Below are positions 42,345 to 52,367 of a stretch of 64,000 nucleotides of DNA, one piece after another. The DNA comes from an uncultured Actinomycetota bacterium (GTDB taxonomy: Bacteria; Actinomycetota; Actinomycetes; Actinomycetales; Demequinaceae): assembly GCA_963768475.1 (NCBI GenBank), contig CAVYHY010000004.1, positions 374,400-438,399 of the forward strand, read 5' to 3'. The stretch's first letter is position 1, and every line of letters begins with the position of its first letter. The notes beneath the pieces were generated by a model that was not told where the DNA came from, ran no database searches, and was given only the letters and a program-made list of their open reading frames with translations. The translations under genes and the position numbers were made by a program.

Positions 42345-42992
42345 CGGCGACGTAGTGGCAGACGAACCCGGCGATCGTGAGCGCGTGGAAGATCTCGTGG
42401 AACCCGAAGTAGCTGGGGACTCGGTTCGGCCACTTGAGCCGTAGATCACGGCGCCGACGGTGTAGCGACGCCGCCCGCGAGCATGAGCGACACGACCGCG
42501 GGGCCGCCCGCCTCGTCGAGGGGCTCGATGAACCCGACGGCCACCCACCCGAGGCATGTACAGCGGCACCTAGAACCAGCGCGGCGCGTTGAGCCACAGG
42601 AGGCGGGCGAGCAGGCCCAGCGAGGGCGCCGCCCCACACGATCGAGAGCGCGAAGATCGCGGTTCGCTTGGGGAGCAGGAGCACGCTCAGGGGCGTATAC
42701 GTTCCCGCAATGATGAGGAAGATGTTGGCGTGGTCCATGCGCTGCAGCACGGCGCGGAGGCTCGGCCCAGTTGCCGCGGTGATACACGGCGGAGGTGCCG
42801 AACAGCAGCACGGCGGTGAGGGTGAAGACGGCGGCGCTGATGCGGCCGGCGAGCGTGGGAGCGAACACGATGAGGACCATGCCGGCGATGAGAACGAGGG
42901 GATCGGCGCCGAGGTGGAACCATCCGCGCAGCAGCGGGCTTGGCGGGTGGGGCGGTCTGTCAGCGGTCGGTGCGACCTCGGCGTTCGGTCAT
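42319..42992 (-). pseudogene. Hemolysin III / PAQR-family membrane protein, several frame changes
   Basis: Blocks: PLLRGWFHLGADPLVLIAGMVLIVFAP..LFGTSAVYHRGNW, MDHANIFLIIAGTYTPL, WVAVGFIEP..SLMLAGGV and LKWPNRVPSYFGFHEIFHALTIAGFVCHY lie in different frames. The 5' end is approximate. Confidence 0.7.
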
Positions 42993-43029
42993 GAACCTAC
43001 GATACCGTAGGTTACGGCGCGACGGTACC

Positions 43030-43840
43030 GTGGTGTCCGACCCCACGCACCGCGACTCGCAGAAGGATGCATGGGCCTGCCTGACGCCGCTGTACGGCAC
43101 GTACGAGCGGCTGCTCCTGCGCGACCTCAAGCGCGCGGGGCAAGGTCCCCGCCACATCGGCGTCATCCTCGACGGCAACCGCCGATGGGCGCAGGCAGTC
43201 GGCGCGACCGACGCCGACGGCCACCGCGCGGGCGCGGACAAGATCACCGAGGTCCTCGAGTGGTCGGACGAGAGCGGCGTCGAGGTCGTCACCCTGTGGA
43301 TGCTCTCCACCGACAACCTGGAGCGCGACCCGGACGAGCTCGGCGTCGCTGCTCGAGATCATCGTGCGACGCCGTCGAGGCGCTCGCGGCCGACGGCCGG
43401 TGGCGGCTCCAGCACGTCGGCGCCCTCGACCTGCTGCCCGCCGGACGGCTGCGGAGCGGCTCAACGCTGCCGTGACGCCCGACGCCGGACGCGCGGCGGG
43501 CTGCACGTCAACGTCGCCGTCGGCTACGGCGGCCGCCACGAGATCGCCGACGCGGTGCGCGCGTTCCTGCTGGAGGGCGTCGACCAGGGCAATCGCTCGA
43601 GGAGGTGGCCGAGAACTTCTCCGTGGAGCACATCGCGCAGCACCTGTACACCAAGGGCCAGCCGGACCCCGACCTGGTGATCCGCACGTCGGGGGAGCAG
43701 CGGCTCAGCGGCTTCCTGATGTGGCAGAGCGCGCACAGCGAGTTCTACTTCTGCGACGCGTATTGGCCGGACTTCCGGCAGGTGGACTTCCTCGCGCGCT
43801 GCGCGGTTACGCGCAGCGCGAGCGCCGGCGCGGGCGCTAA
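43030..43840 (+). pseudogene. uppS: Isoprenyl transferase / undecaprenyl-diphosphate synthase, at least 4 frame changes
   Basis: PRHIGVILDGNRRWA..VVTLWMLSTDNLERDPDEL (frame 1), DAVEALAADGRWRLQHVGALDLLPAG (another frame), [22 protein letters not shown] (frame 1), [37 protein letters not shown] (ORF 43605), [12 protein letters not shown] (ORF 43364). Start uncertain. Confidence 0.8.
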
Positions 43841-43985
43841 CGGCACGCTCCCGCCCGGCGTGTTGCCGGGGCACACGCCCGGGCGCGCGTAGCGTCGAAA
43901 CATGGTGGGCAACGACCTCGCACCATAGACAACCTCCGCCGTAGGGCGGGGTGTCCCTGCGGCCTGACAGCAGCCGGGAGCCCCC

Positions 43986-45351
43986 GTGACCAACACTCAG
44001 AGCAGTTCCCCCGCCGAAACCCGGAGCGACAGCGCGACGACCTTCGCACCTTCGTGCTCGACACGTCGGTCCTCCTGTCGGATCCGCGGGCCGCGCTGCG
44101 CTTCGCGGAGCACGCCGTGGTGCTTCCGGTGGTCGTCGTGACCGAGCTCGAGGCCAAGCGCCACCACCCCGAGCTGGGGTATTTCGCGCGCTCGGCGCTG
44201 CGGCTCCTCGACGACCTGCGGGTGCAGCACGGGCACCTCGACGAGCCCGTCGCGATCAATGACGCGGGCGGAACGCTGCGCGTCGAACTGAACCACACCG
44301 ACCAAGAGGTGCTCCCCAGCGGCTTCCGGCTGGGAGACAACGACACCCGCATCCTCGCCGTCGCCGCAAACCTGCGCGCCGAGGGTCACGCGGTCACGGT
44401 GGTGTCCAAGGACCTGCCGATGCGCGTCAAGGCGTCGGCGCTCGGCATGGACGCCGAGGAGTACCGTGCGGAGCTTGCGGTCGAGTCCGGCTGGACCGGC
44501 ATGCGCGAGATCCAGCTGACCGACGAGCAGATGTCCGCGCTGTAGGACGCCGAGCGCGCATCGCGCGCCCCGCTGCGGACGATGCGGCGAGGACCTCGCC
44601 GCGCTGCCCGTTCACACGGGCCTGGTCATTCACTCGCCTCGAGGCTCGGCGCTCGGACGCGTGACGGACGGAGGGGCGGTGCGGCTGGTGCGCGGAGACC
44701 TCGAGGTGTTCGGCCTGCACGGCCGCTCCGCCGAGCAGCGCATCGCGCTCGACCTGCTTCTCGACGAGTCCATCGGCATCGTCTCGATGGGCGGCCGAGC
44801 GGGAACGGGCAAGTGCGCGCTCGCGCTGTGCGCGGGGCTCGAGGCGGTGATGGAGCGCCGCCAGCACAAGAAGATCATGGTGTTCCGGCCGCTGTACGCC
44901 GTGGGCGGCCAGGACCTCGGGTACCTGCCCGGCACCGAGTCGGAGAAGATGAACCCGTGGGCCCAGGCGGTCTTCGACACGCTTGGGGCGGTGGTCTCGA
45001 AGGAGGTGGTCGAGGAGGTCATGGCGCGCGGCATGCTCGAGGTGCTCCCGCTGACCCACATTCGCGGGCGCTCGCTCCACGACGCCTTCGTCATCGTCGA
45101 CGAGGCGCAGTCGCTCGAGCGCAACGTGCTGCTCACGATGCTCAGCCGGATCGGCCAGGGCTCGCGCGTCGTGCTCACCCACGACGTCGCTCAGCGCGAC
45201 AACCTGCGCGTCGGCCGCCACGATGGAGTGGCCGCCGTCGATCGAGGCGCTCAAGGGGCACCCGCTATTCGCGCACGTGACGCTCGAGCGCTCCGAGCGA
45301 TCGGCGGTGGCGGCGCTGGTGACGGACATGCTGGAACGGCTCGACCTCTAG
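43986..45351 (+). pseudogene. PhoH2-type protein (PIN domain plus PhoH ATPase) with an in-frame TAG at 44543-44545 and at least 3 frame changes
   Basis: PIN: [34 protein letters not shown]. ATPase: [38 protein letters not shown]. The C-terminus [31 protein letters not shown] is in another frame. The 5' end (GTG 43986) needs one more shift to join. Confidence 0.75.
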
Positions 45352-45391
45352 CGCCAAGCGACGCCCCGCCTGACGCTAGTGAAGGAGAACC

Positions 45392-46078
45392 ATGGCCAGC
45401 GCCCCGTCCTCGAGTCGCGTCCGCGCGACGAACGTCGTCTCCGCCGTCTTGCGCATCATCCTTGCGCTCGTCGGCACGTACGTGGTCATCAGCCTGCTGG
45501 TTCTCGGCGGGCCGAGGGAGCTCGCCACCTTCACCCTCCAGTCGAATCTGATGATGGCGGTCTCGTTCGCGTGGACGGCCGTCGCGCTGCTGAGCGGGCG
45601 GAGGACCCCTCCCGAGTGGTTGGCGGGAAGCGCGGTGTTCTACATCACGATCACGGGGATCGTGTACTACTTCGTGCTGCGTCCCGATGATTTCCCTCAC
45701 GCCGGATCCTTCCTCGGCTGGTTCGCGAACAACAACAACCTGGAGCACATCGTGACGCCCGTCGGCGCGTTCGTGGTGTGGTTCGTGTTCGCCGAGCACC
45801 GGCGCGTGCCGTGGAAGTACATCGGCCCCTGGCTCGTCTACCTCGTCGCGTACGTCACGGTGATCCTCACGCTGGCGGCGCTCATTCCCGGGCAGTCGGC
45901 GCCGTATCCGTTCCTTGACACGGCGATCTACGGGGTCGGTGGGGTCGCGTGGCGCGTCGTCGTGTTCTTCGCGGGATTCACGGCGCTCGCCGCGACCCTC
46001 ATTGCCATCGACAACTGGCTGCCTCCCCGGTTCCCGACGAGCGAATACGACGCCCAGGATCCCGCGAACCAGGCTTAG
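45392..46078 (+). CDS. Integral membrane protein (Pr6Pr / FAR-17a-AIG1-like)
   Basis: 228 aa, intact, RBS gaaggaga, six predicted TM segments, [10 protein letters not shown] motif. Family name is from memory. Confidence 0.7.
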   Translation: MASAPSSSRVRATNVVSAVLRIILALVGTYVVISLLVLGGPRELATFTLQSNLMMAVSFAWTAVALLSGRRTPPEWLAGSAVFYITITGIVYYFVLRPDDFPHAGSFLGWFANNNNLEHIVTPVGAFVVWFVFAEHRRVPWKYIGPWLVYLVAYVTVILTLAALIPGQSAPYPFLDTAIYGVGGVAWRVVVFFAGFTALAATLIAIDNWLPPRFPTSEYDAQDPANQA

Positions 46079-47473
46079 GCTTCGCCCGTCATCGTCGTGA
46101 CGTCGAGCAGCTCGTCGAGCTGCTCGACACTCACGTCCCCACGCTCGACGAATCCGAGGGCGATGACCGCCTCGCGGACCGTGACGCCCTTCCGCGACGG
46201 CGTGCTTCGCGATCTTTGCGGCGTTCTCGTAGCCGATCACGCGATTGAGCGGCGTGACGATGCTGGGGCTCGCCTCCGCGTTGCGGCGCGCTCGCTCGGG
46301 GTTCGCCTCGATGCCCGAAACGGTCGTGTCGGCCAGGAGGCGCGATGCGTTGCTCAGGAGGCGAAGGGACTCGAGGGTCCCGAGCGCCATGACGGGGATC
46401 TGGACGTTGAGCTCGAACGCGCCGGACGCGCCCGCCCAGGCCACGGTCGCGTCGTTGCCCACGACCCGCGCGCAGACCATGAGGACGGCCTCGGGGATCA
46501 CGGGATTCACCTTGCCAGGCATGATCGACGATCCCGGCTGGAGGTCGGGGATGCGGATCTCGCCCAGGCCCGTGTTGGGGCCGGAGCCCATCCACCTCAG
46601 GTCGTTGCAGATCTTGGTGAGGCTCACCGCGATGGTGCGGAGCGCGCCGCCGAGCTCGACGAGCGCGTCGCGCGCTGACTGCGCCTCGAAGTGGTTGCGC
46701 GCTTCGGAAAGGGGCAATCCGGTCTCCTGGGCGAGGAGCGCGATGACGCGGGAGGAGAATCCGGGAGGAGTGTTGATCCCCGTCCCGACGGCCGTGCCTC
46801 CGAGTGGAACCTCGGCGACGCGCGGGAGCGCCGATTCGAGACGTTCGATCCCGAGCCGCACCGCGGCGGCGTAGCCCCCGAACTCCTGGCCGAGCGTCAC
46901 GGGCGTCGCGTCCATGAGGTGAGTTCTGCCGGACTTCACCACCTGGGCAAACTCCCGGGACTTCGCCTCGAGGGCGTCCGCGAGGTGGGCGAGGGCAGGT
47001 ACGAGGTCGTGCACCACAGCGTCCGCTGCGGCGACGTGCACCGACGTGGGGAAGACGTCGTTCGAGGACTGCGAGGCGTTGACGTGATCGTTCGGGTGGA
47101 CGTCCCGCCCGAGTCGCGCCGTCGCGAGGCTCGCGATGACCTCGTTCGCGTTCATGTTCGAGGACGTCCCCGACCCCGTCTGAAACACGTCGACCGGGAA
47201 CTGGTCGTCGTGCGCGCCCGATGCGACCTCGTCGGCCGCGGACGAGATCGCGTCGGCGAGGTCGGCCTCGAGCACCCCAAGCTCCTTGTTGGCGAGCGCG
47301 GCCGCCTTCTTGACGAGCGCGAGCGCCTTGATGTGGGTCCGCTCGAGCCGCGTGCCCGAGATGGGGAAGTTCTCGACCGCGCGCTGGGTCTGGGCGCGCC
47401 AGAGGGCGTCGCGGGGTACACGAACCTCTCCCATGGTGTCGCGTTCGATGCGGTATTCACTCTCCTGTGCCAT
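46075..47473 (-). pseudogene. fumC: Class II fumarate hydratase, one frameshift near 46183 in the last ~35 codons
   Basis: [31 protein letters not shown] and SSNDVFPT. The true C-terminus ([35 protein letters not shown], stop TAA at 46075-46077) is off-frame. This produces the artificial 747-aa track ORF. Confidence 0.88.
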
Positions 47474-47618
47474 GCGGCTATTGTGGCAGGTCAAGGAGGA
47501 TCGGCACCCGTAGCGTCATAGACGCGGTGCTCGGCCCTCTCATTAACTAGTAGCCACAATGGCGGGGCGCTTGCTCCCCGCTGGCGTCCCCTCGAACGAT
47601 CAAGGGAGACGTAGGCGA

Positions 47619-48002
47619 ATGGCCATCTTGGGCAAAACCACCACCGATTCACCCGAGTATCGGGCGCTCGACGGCACGCTTTCTCGCGACGACTACGTTT
47701 CGATCGTCGTGTCGAAAGACTCCGCTGCACGCGAGGCGGCCGCGAAGCGAGAGGACGCCCCCGTGGCGGCTCTCGTCTCCTTCGCTCAGGACTCGAAGGC
47801 CGCCGTACGCCTTGCCGTCGCGTCGAACTCCGCGATTGATCGCGCGACGAGCGCGGCCGCGATCCTGGCGGAGGACCGGAGCACCGACGTCGTACGTGCC
47901 CTGATGGATAATCCGGCGACCCCCAAGTCCGTGCTGTCCATGATCGCGGACAACGGCCCCCGGTCGCTGCGCAGGGCAGCCCAGGAGCTTCTCGACGATT
48001 AG
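47619..48002 (+). CDS. Small protein with LRV/HEAT-like helical repeats
   Basis: Start at ATG 47619 after RBS aagggaga. Repeats of the type AAVRLAVASNSAI and VVRALMDNPATPKSVL. Similar in kind to 49331-49747. Confidence 0.55.
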   Translation: MAILGKTTTDSPEYRALDGTLSRDDYVSIVVSKDSAAREAAAKREDAPVAALVSFAQDSKAAVRLAVASNSAIDRATSAAAILAEDRSTDVVRALMDNPATPKSVLSMIADNGPRSLRRAAQELLDD

Positions 48003-48930
48003 TCGAGCTCCGATTCCCCGAGCTGATCCCGCGTCGGCGGGTCGGCCCCCTCGCGCGACAGCGTGACCGCGGCGATCCCGACGCACCGCGTCAGTATGTA
48101 CGTGACGACGTCCGTCGAGATCTCGATGAGATCGTCGCGCGAGGACGCGCCGAGATATCCCTGCGACCAGAGTCCGTCAATGAGGCCGGCCATGAAGGAG
48201 TCGCCAGCTCCCACCGTGTCCACGGGAGTAATCGCGGGCGCGGTGACGTCGATACGTCGGCCGTCCTTGAGGTAGCCCGTGGCTCCCCGCGCGCCCCTGG
48301 TCACCACGACGATCGACGGTCCCAATGTGAGCCAACGGGCCGCGTGATCGGCGACGGACTCGTCCGGACTCAACCAGAGGAGGTCCTCGTCGCTCGCCTT
48401 GACGATGTCGGCCAGCGCGACGACGGCCTCCACCTGCGCCGACGCGGTGATCGGGTTGCCCATGAGTGACGGGCGAACGTTGGGGTCGTAGGTGATCGTG
48501 GCGATTGAGCGGTGGCGTTCGAGAAGTGAGCGCACCTCCGCGCCGCCGGCGGAAGCACCGCCCCGATCGAGCCGGTGTGCACCACGAACGGCTTGCGGGT
48601 ATATGCGGCATTCGGGCTGACGGCCCACGCGATGTCGAAGTCGTAGTCGGCGTCGCCGTGCTCGTCGAGCACGGCGGTCGCGACGGACGTGTGGATCGCC
48701 GACTCGGACCCGCGTACCAGCTCGACGCCGGACTCCTCCAGGTGTTCGCGGATGGCCCGCCCGTAATCGTCGAGACCTATCCACGCGAGAAGCTCCGTCT
48801 GACGTCCGAGTCGCGACAGGCCAACGGCGACATTGGCGGGGGAGCCCCCGGGGCGCTCGCTCCTCGACCCATCGGGACGAATGACGACGTCGATGAGGGC
48901 TTCGCCGACGACAAGGCAGTGTTCGCTCAC
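47999..48930 (-). pseudogene. PfkB-family carbohydrate kinase (fructokinase/ribokinase-like), one frameshift near 48545
   Basis: N-terminus CLVVGEALIDVV..GGSPANVAVGLSRLG and C-terminus ..TVGAGDSFMAGLI.. lie in two overlapping ORFs. The GTG start overlaps the xseB stop. Confidence 0.8.
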
Positions 48931-49172
48931 TACGACGCCTCGTCGCCCGCTTGTTCATCCGGTGGGGGGACGTCGTCTCGACTCTTGGCCACGCGCTCGC
49001 GCGCTCCCTCGAGCACGCGTTGGCACCGAAGGGCGAGAGCTTCCCCGCGTTCCCACAGGGCGAGAGACTCCTCCAACGTGACCGCTCCGGCCTCGAGCTT
49101 CGCGACGATGAGAACGAGTTCGTCGCGCGCCTGCTCGTAACTCATGTCGTCGATCTTGGGTGCGGCGGCCAC
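48930..49172 (-). CDS. xseB: Exodeoxyribonuclease VII small subunit
   Basis: 80 aa. SYEQARDELVLIVAKLEAGAVTLEESLALWERGEALALRCQ. Confidence 0.88.
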   Translation of the reverse strand: MAAAPKIDDMSYEQARDELVLIVAKLEAGAVTLEESLALWERGEALALRCQRVLEGARERVAKSRDDVPPPDEQAGDEAS

Positions 49173-49330
49173 GGGTCCACGTTACCGGTCTCGCGAGGCC
49201 TCAGAGGTGTCCCGTTTCGGTCGAACGGAGCTCCGTGTCGAAAACTTCACGAAAACCCGCGTCATGGCGGGAGTGCTCGTACGTCTCATGAAGTGAAGGT
49301 GTCCACCGGTTCACAATGAGGTGAAGCGAA

Positions 49331-49747
49331 ATGTTCAGCGAAGACTACGAAAACAGCAGGACCGCACTCAGCAGCGCCAACCAGGTGATGAGGGACGACT
49401 TGACCGACAGCGAGTTGGCCGTCCTCGGACGTTCCGAGGAGGCGAAGATCCGAGCGGCCGTGGCAGAGCGCCCGCTTACGCCTCTCACGACACTGATCCG
49501 ACTTGCCTCGGACGAAGCGGCCTCGGTACGTGCAGGCGTTGCCAGAAACCCTCGCTCTGATCTTCCGATCGAGATCCGCGAATTGCTCGCGCAGGACAAG
49601 GACACGTCGGTGCTCTTCGCGCTGATTCGTTGCCCTGCCGTTCCAGAATCCGTCCTCCGCAAGTTGGGCAGGTCGTGGAACCGCGACGTTGCCTCGGCCG
49701 CGAAGCAGCGCATCTCCAACCCGGTGTTCCAACTCCGGCTCACATAG
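49331..49747 (+). CDS. Small protein with LRV/HEAT-like helical repeats
   Basis: 138 aa. KIRAAVAERPLTPLTTLIRLASD and SVRAGVARNPRSDLPIEIRELLAQD. Lies between xseB and xseA on the opposite strand. Confidence 0.55.
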   Translation: MFSEDYENSRTALSSANQVMRDDLTDSELAVLGRSEEAKIRAAVAERPLTPLTTLIRLASDEAASVRAGVARNPRSDLPIEIRELLAQDKDTSVLFALIRCPAVPESVLRKLGRSWNRDVASAAKQRISNPVFQLRLT

Positions 49748-49756
49748 GCGTGGTGT

Positions 49757-49781
49757 TCGCCTCCCGCTGAGGGGGAGGCGA
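49757..49781 (+). terminator. Stem-loop after the 49331-49747 gene
   Basis: tcgcctccc(49757-49765)/gggaggcga(49773-49781) with a 7-nt loop, followed by gcatcatttgtt. Confidence 0.5.
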
Positions 49782-49816
49782 GCATCATTTGTTCACCATC
49801 CATCCGAAAAAGTCCA

Positions 49817-49850
49817 GACTGTGGCCGCCGGGGAACCGGCGGCCACAGTC
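49817..49850 (-). terminator. Perfect 15-bp hairpin with a 4-nt tetraloop (GGAA on the plus strand, UUCC in the minus-strand transcript), U-run on the minus strand; probable xseA terminator
   Basis: gactgtggccgccgg ggaa ccggcggccacagtc. On the minus strand it is followed by ctggacTTTTTcgg. Confidence 0.6.
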
Positions 49851-50124
49851 ACGTCTCGGGACGGGTCCGCCCGGAAGATCGGCGTCGATGGTCACGACGG
49901 TGGCGACACTCGCCATCTGTTGGCCGCCGACGCGATCAGATCGTCCCTGCAGGCGGATACGGGTCGAAAACCGGCATTCATCGACCGTCAATGCCTGCAG
50001 GGACGCTCCGACCACGCGACAGAGCCTCGTCGCGACCGCCAGTGCCTGCAGGGGCGTTTCGCGCGGTGGGGTTCGGACCTCGACGCTTACGGGCCACCCT
50101 CGCCCGTCCGCCGAATGGGAACTC

Positions 50125-51357
50125 CTAGCCCGCGTCTCCGGTAACCGTCGCGTCGACCGAACCTCGCGCGAGCCGGATCGCGAGATCGGTTCCCGCCGCC
50201 GCGTCGGCCGCGTCGCGAAGAACCGCGCCGCCCTTCTTCCGGACCACGGCGTATCCCCGGTCGAGCGTGGACTGGGGCGAGAGAGCTCGCAGGGTCGACT
50301 CGAGACCGCCGAGGCCAGTCGCGAGTTCGGCGAGGCGGGAACGGATCGCGCCGCGAGCCGCCGCGCGGTGCCGCGCGACCTCGTCGGCGAGAGGCTCGAT
50401 TAGGCGATCGGGGTGAACGAGAACGGGCCGCGTCAGATACGAGATCAGCGCTTCGGCTTCTCGGTCGAGGCGACCCTCGATGGCTGCACGCATCGCCGCG
50501 GTGGCACGCGCGACGTTGCGCGCCTCCTCCGCGGCGTCCGGGACGATGCGTTTTCCCGCGTCCGTCGGAGTCGAGGCTCGCAGGTCCGCGACGAGGTCGA
50601 GGAGCGGGGCGTCCTTCTCATGCCCGATCGCGCTGACGAGCGGCGTGACGCACGCGGCGGCCGCCCGGATCAGAGCCTCCGAGCTGAACGGAAGGAGGTC
50701 CTCGAACGCCCCGCCGCCCCGCGCGACGACGATGACGTCGACGTCCGGTCGAGCGTCGAGTTCCGCGATGGCCGCCGTCGTCTCCGGAACGCACCGCGCG
50801 CCCTGGACGGTGACTCGCCTGATCTCGAAGCGAACGGATGGCCAGCGCCCGCGGGCGTTGACGACGACGTCGTGCTCGGCGTCGCCCTGATTCGCACACA
50901 CGAGGCCCACGAGGTTCGGGACGAAAGGGAGGGGAACCTTGCGGTCGTCGTCGAAGAGGCCCTCGGACGCGAGGGCCTCGCGTAGGGCCTCGATGCGAGC
51001 GAGGAGTTCGCCGAGCCCCACGGTGCGGATCTCGCGAGCGTCGAGCTGGAGCGAGCCGCTCTTGGTCCACCACGTGGGCTTGGCATGAACGATGACGCGC
51101 GCACCGTCAGCGAGGATCTCCGGTAGCGCCTCAACCTCCGCCGCGGGCAGGGTCGCCGACATGGAGACGTCCGCCTCGGGGTCGCGCAGGGTGAGGAACA
51201 CAAGGTGCTTCCAGCGCTTGAGGCCCAGGACTTGGCCCTCCACCCACACGGGGGGCATCCGGTCGACGTACTCCTTGACCTTCTGGGTGAGGTGCCGGAC
51301 GGGCCACGGACGCTCGGGCGTCGTGTCGCCTGCCGTTTCGGGAAGGGGCTCGCTCAC
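50125..51357 (-). CDS. xseA: Exodeoxyribonuclease VII large subunit
   Basis: 410 aa, GTG start. OB-fold N-terminus ([23 protein letters not shown]) and [19 protein letters not shown]. Confidence 0.92.
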   Translation of the reverse strand: MSEPLPETAGDTTPERPWPVRHLTQKVKEYVDRMPPVWVEGQVLGLKRWKHLVFLTLRDPEADVSMSATLPAAEVEALPEILADGARVIVHAKPTWWTKSGSLQLDAREIRTVGLGELLARIEALREALASEGLFDDDRKVPLPFVPNLVGLVCANQGDAEHDVVVNARGRWPSVRFEIRRVTVQGARCVPETTAAIAELDARPDVDVIVVARGGGAFEDLLPFSSEALIRAAAACVTPLVSAIGHEKDAPLLDLVADLRASTPTDAGKRIVPDAAEEARNVARATAAMRAAIEGRLDREAEALISYLTRPVLVHPDRLIEPLADEVARHRAAARGAIRSRLAELATGLGGLESTLRALSPQSTLDRGYAVVRKKGGAVLRDAADAAAGTDLAIRLARGSVDATVTGDAG

Positions 51358-51386
51358 CGCCCCAGCGTGCCACGTACCATGGAGGC

Positions 51387-52367
51387 ATGCCTAACGCCGG
51401 ACCCAAGCGGGTTCTTCTTGCTGCCCCGCGCGGATACTGCGCGGGCGTCGACCGTGCCGTCATCGCCGTGGAGAAGGCGCTCGAGCTACACGGGGCGCCC
51501 ATCTACGTGCGCAAGGAGATCGTCCACAACAAGTACGTGGTGGAGACCCTCAGCGAGCGGGGAGCGATCTTCGTCGGCGAGACGGACGACGTGCCCGAGG
51601 GCGCCAGGGTGGTGTTTTCCGCACACGGCGTCTCGCCAGCTGTGCGGGACGCTGCAGCCTCGCGCAATCTCGTGACGATCGACGCGACGTGCCCCCTGGT
51701 GACCAAGGTGCACAAGGAGGCCGTGCGTTTCGCGGGGGCGAACCAGACCATCCTCCTGATCGGTCACGAGGGTCACGAAGAGGTCGAGGGTACCGCTGGC
51801 GAGGCGCCCGCGCACACGATCGTCGTGAACTCGCCCGAGGAAGCGGATGCCGTCGAGGTGTCCGACCCGGGCAACGTGGTGTGGCTGTCGCAGACGACGC
51901 TGAGCGTCGACGAGACGATGGAGACGGTCCGGCGCCTCCGCGCGCGCTTCCCGAGCCTCCAGGACCCGCCGAGCGACGACATCTGCTACGCGACTCAGAA
52001 TCGCCAGGTCGCGGTCAAGAAGCTCGCCCCCGAGTGCGAGCTCGTCATCGTGGTGGGGTCCGCTAACTCGTCCAACTCCGTGCGCCTCGTGGAGGTCGCG
52101 CTCCAGTCAGGGGCGGGCGCGGCCTATCGGATCGATCGCGCCTCCGAACTCGACGACGCCTGGTTCGAGGGCGTGACGACCGTCGGCCTCTCGTCGGGGG
52201 CCTCGGTGCCGGAGATCCTGGTGCGGGACGTCCTCGATGCGCTCGCGGCCCGGGGGTACGCGGAGGTCGAGGAGGTCCGCACCGCGACGGAGGACCTGAT
52301 GTTCTCGCTGCCCCACGAGATCCGTGCGGACATGAAGGCGCGCGAATCGGCTCAGGCGGGCGCCTAG
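51387..52367 (+). CDS. ispH: 4-hydroxy-3-methylbut-2-enyl diphosphate reductase
   Basis: [45 protein letters not shown] and [10 protein letters not shown]. Confidence 0.95.
   Translation: MPNAGPKRVLLAAPRGYCAGVDRAVIAVEKALELHGAPIYVRKEIVHNKYVVETLSERGAIFVGETDDVPEGARVVFSAHGVSPAVRDAAASRNLVTIDATCPLVTKVHKEAVRFAGANQTILLIGHEGHEEVEGTAGEAPAHTIVVNSPEEADAVEVSDPGNVVWLSQTTLSVDETMETVRRLRARFPSLQDPPSDDICYATQNRQVAVKKLAPECELVIVVGSANSSNSVRLVEVALQSGAGAAYRIDRASELDDAWFEGVTTVGLSSGASVPEILVRDVLDALAARGYAEVEEVRTATEDLMFSLPHEIRADMKARESAQAGA

Noticed and set aside
38204-45351. A tRNA followed by 7 kb of broken genes could suggest a degraded genomic island integrated at a tRNA.
   Set aside because: The genes are core housekeeping genes in conserved actinobacterial order (DUF4307-greA, uppS, phoH2). 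There is no integrase, no direct repeat of the tRNA 3' end that I could see, and no compositional shift.
45251-47494. A 747-aa minus-strand ORF that looks like a giant fusion protein.
   Set aside because: It is fumC (46075-47473) whose frame is shifted about 35 codons before its true TAA stop. The read-through then runs antisense across the intact membrane-protein gene.
49806-49850. aaaaagtccagactgtgg resembles the GGAAAGUCCGGGCU core of RNase P RNA, and the region up to about 50125 has roughly the right length. A distal gcttac also recalls the GGCUUA box.
   Set aside because: I could not find any of the other universally conserved RNase P blocks (e.g. GGUAACGCC or GGGUGAAAGGGUG-type motifs). 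The AAAGUCC word lies just 5' of, and abuts, a perfect 15-bp terminator-like hairpin. An Infernal scan would confirm the rejection.
49817-49890. A GGAA tetraloop hairpin followed by ggtccgcccggaag looked a little like SRP (4.5S) RNA domain IV.
   Set aside because: The SRP helix has characteristic internal loops and the GGAAGCAGC motif. Here the stem is perfectly paired and the motif is absent.
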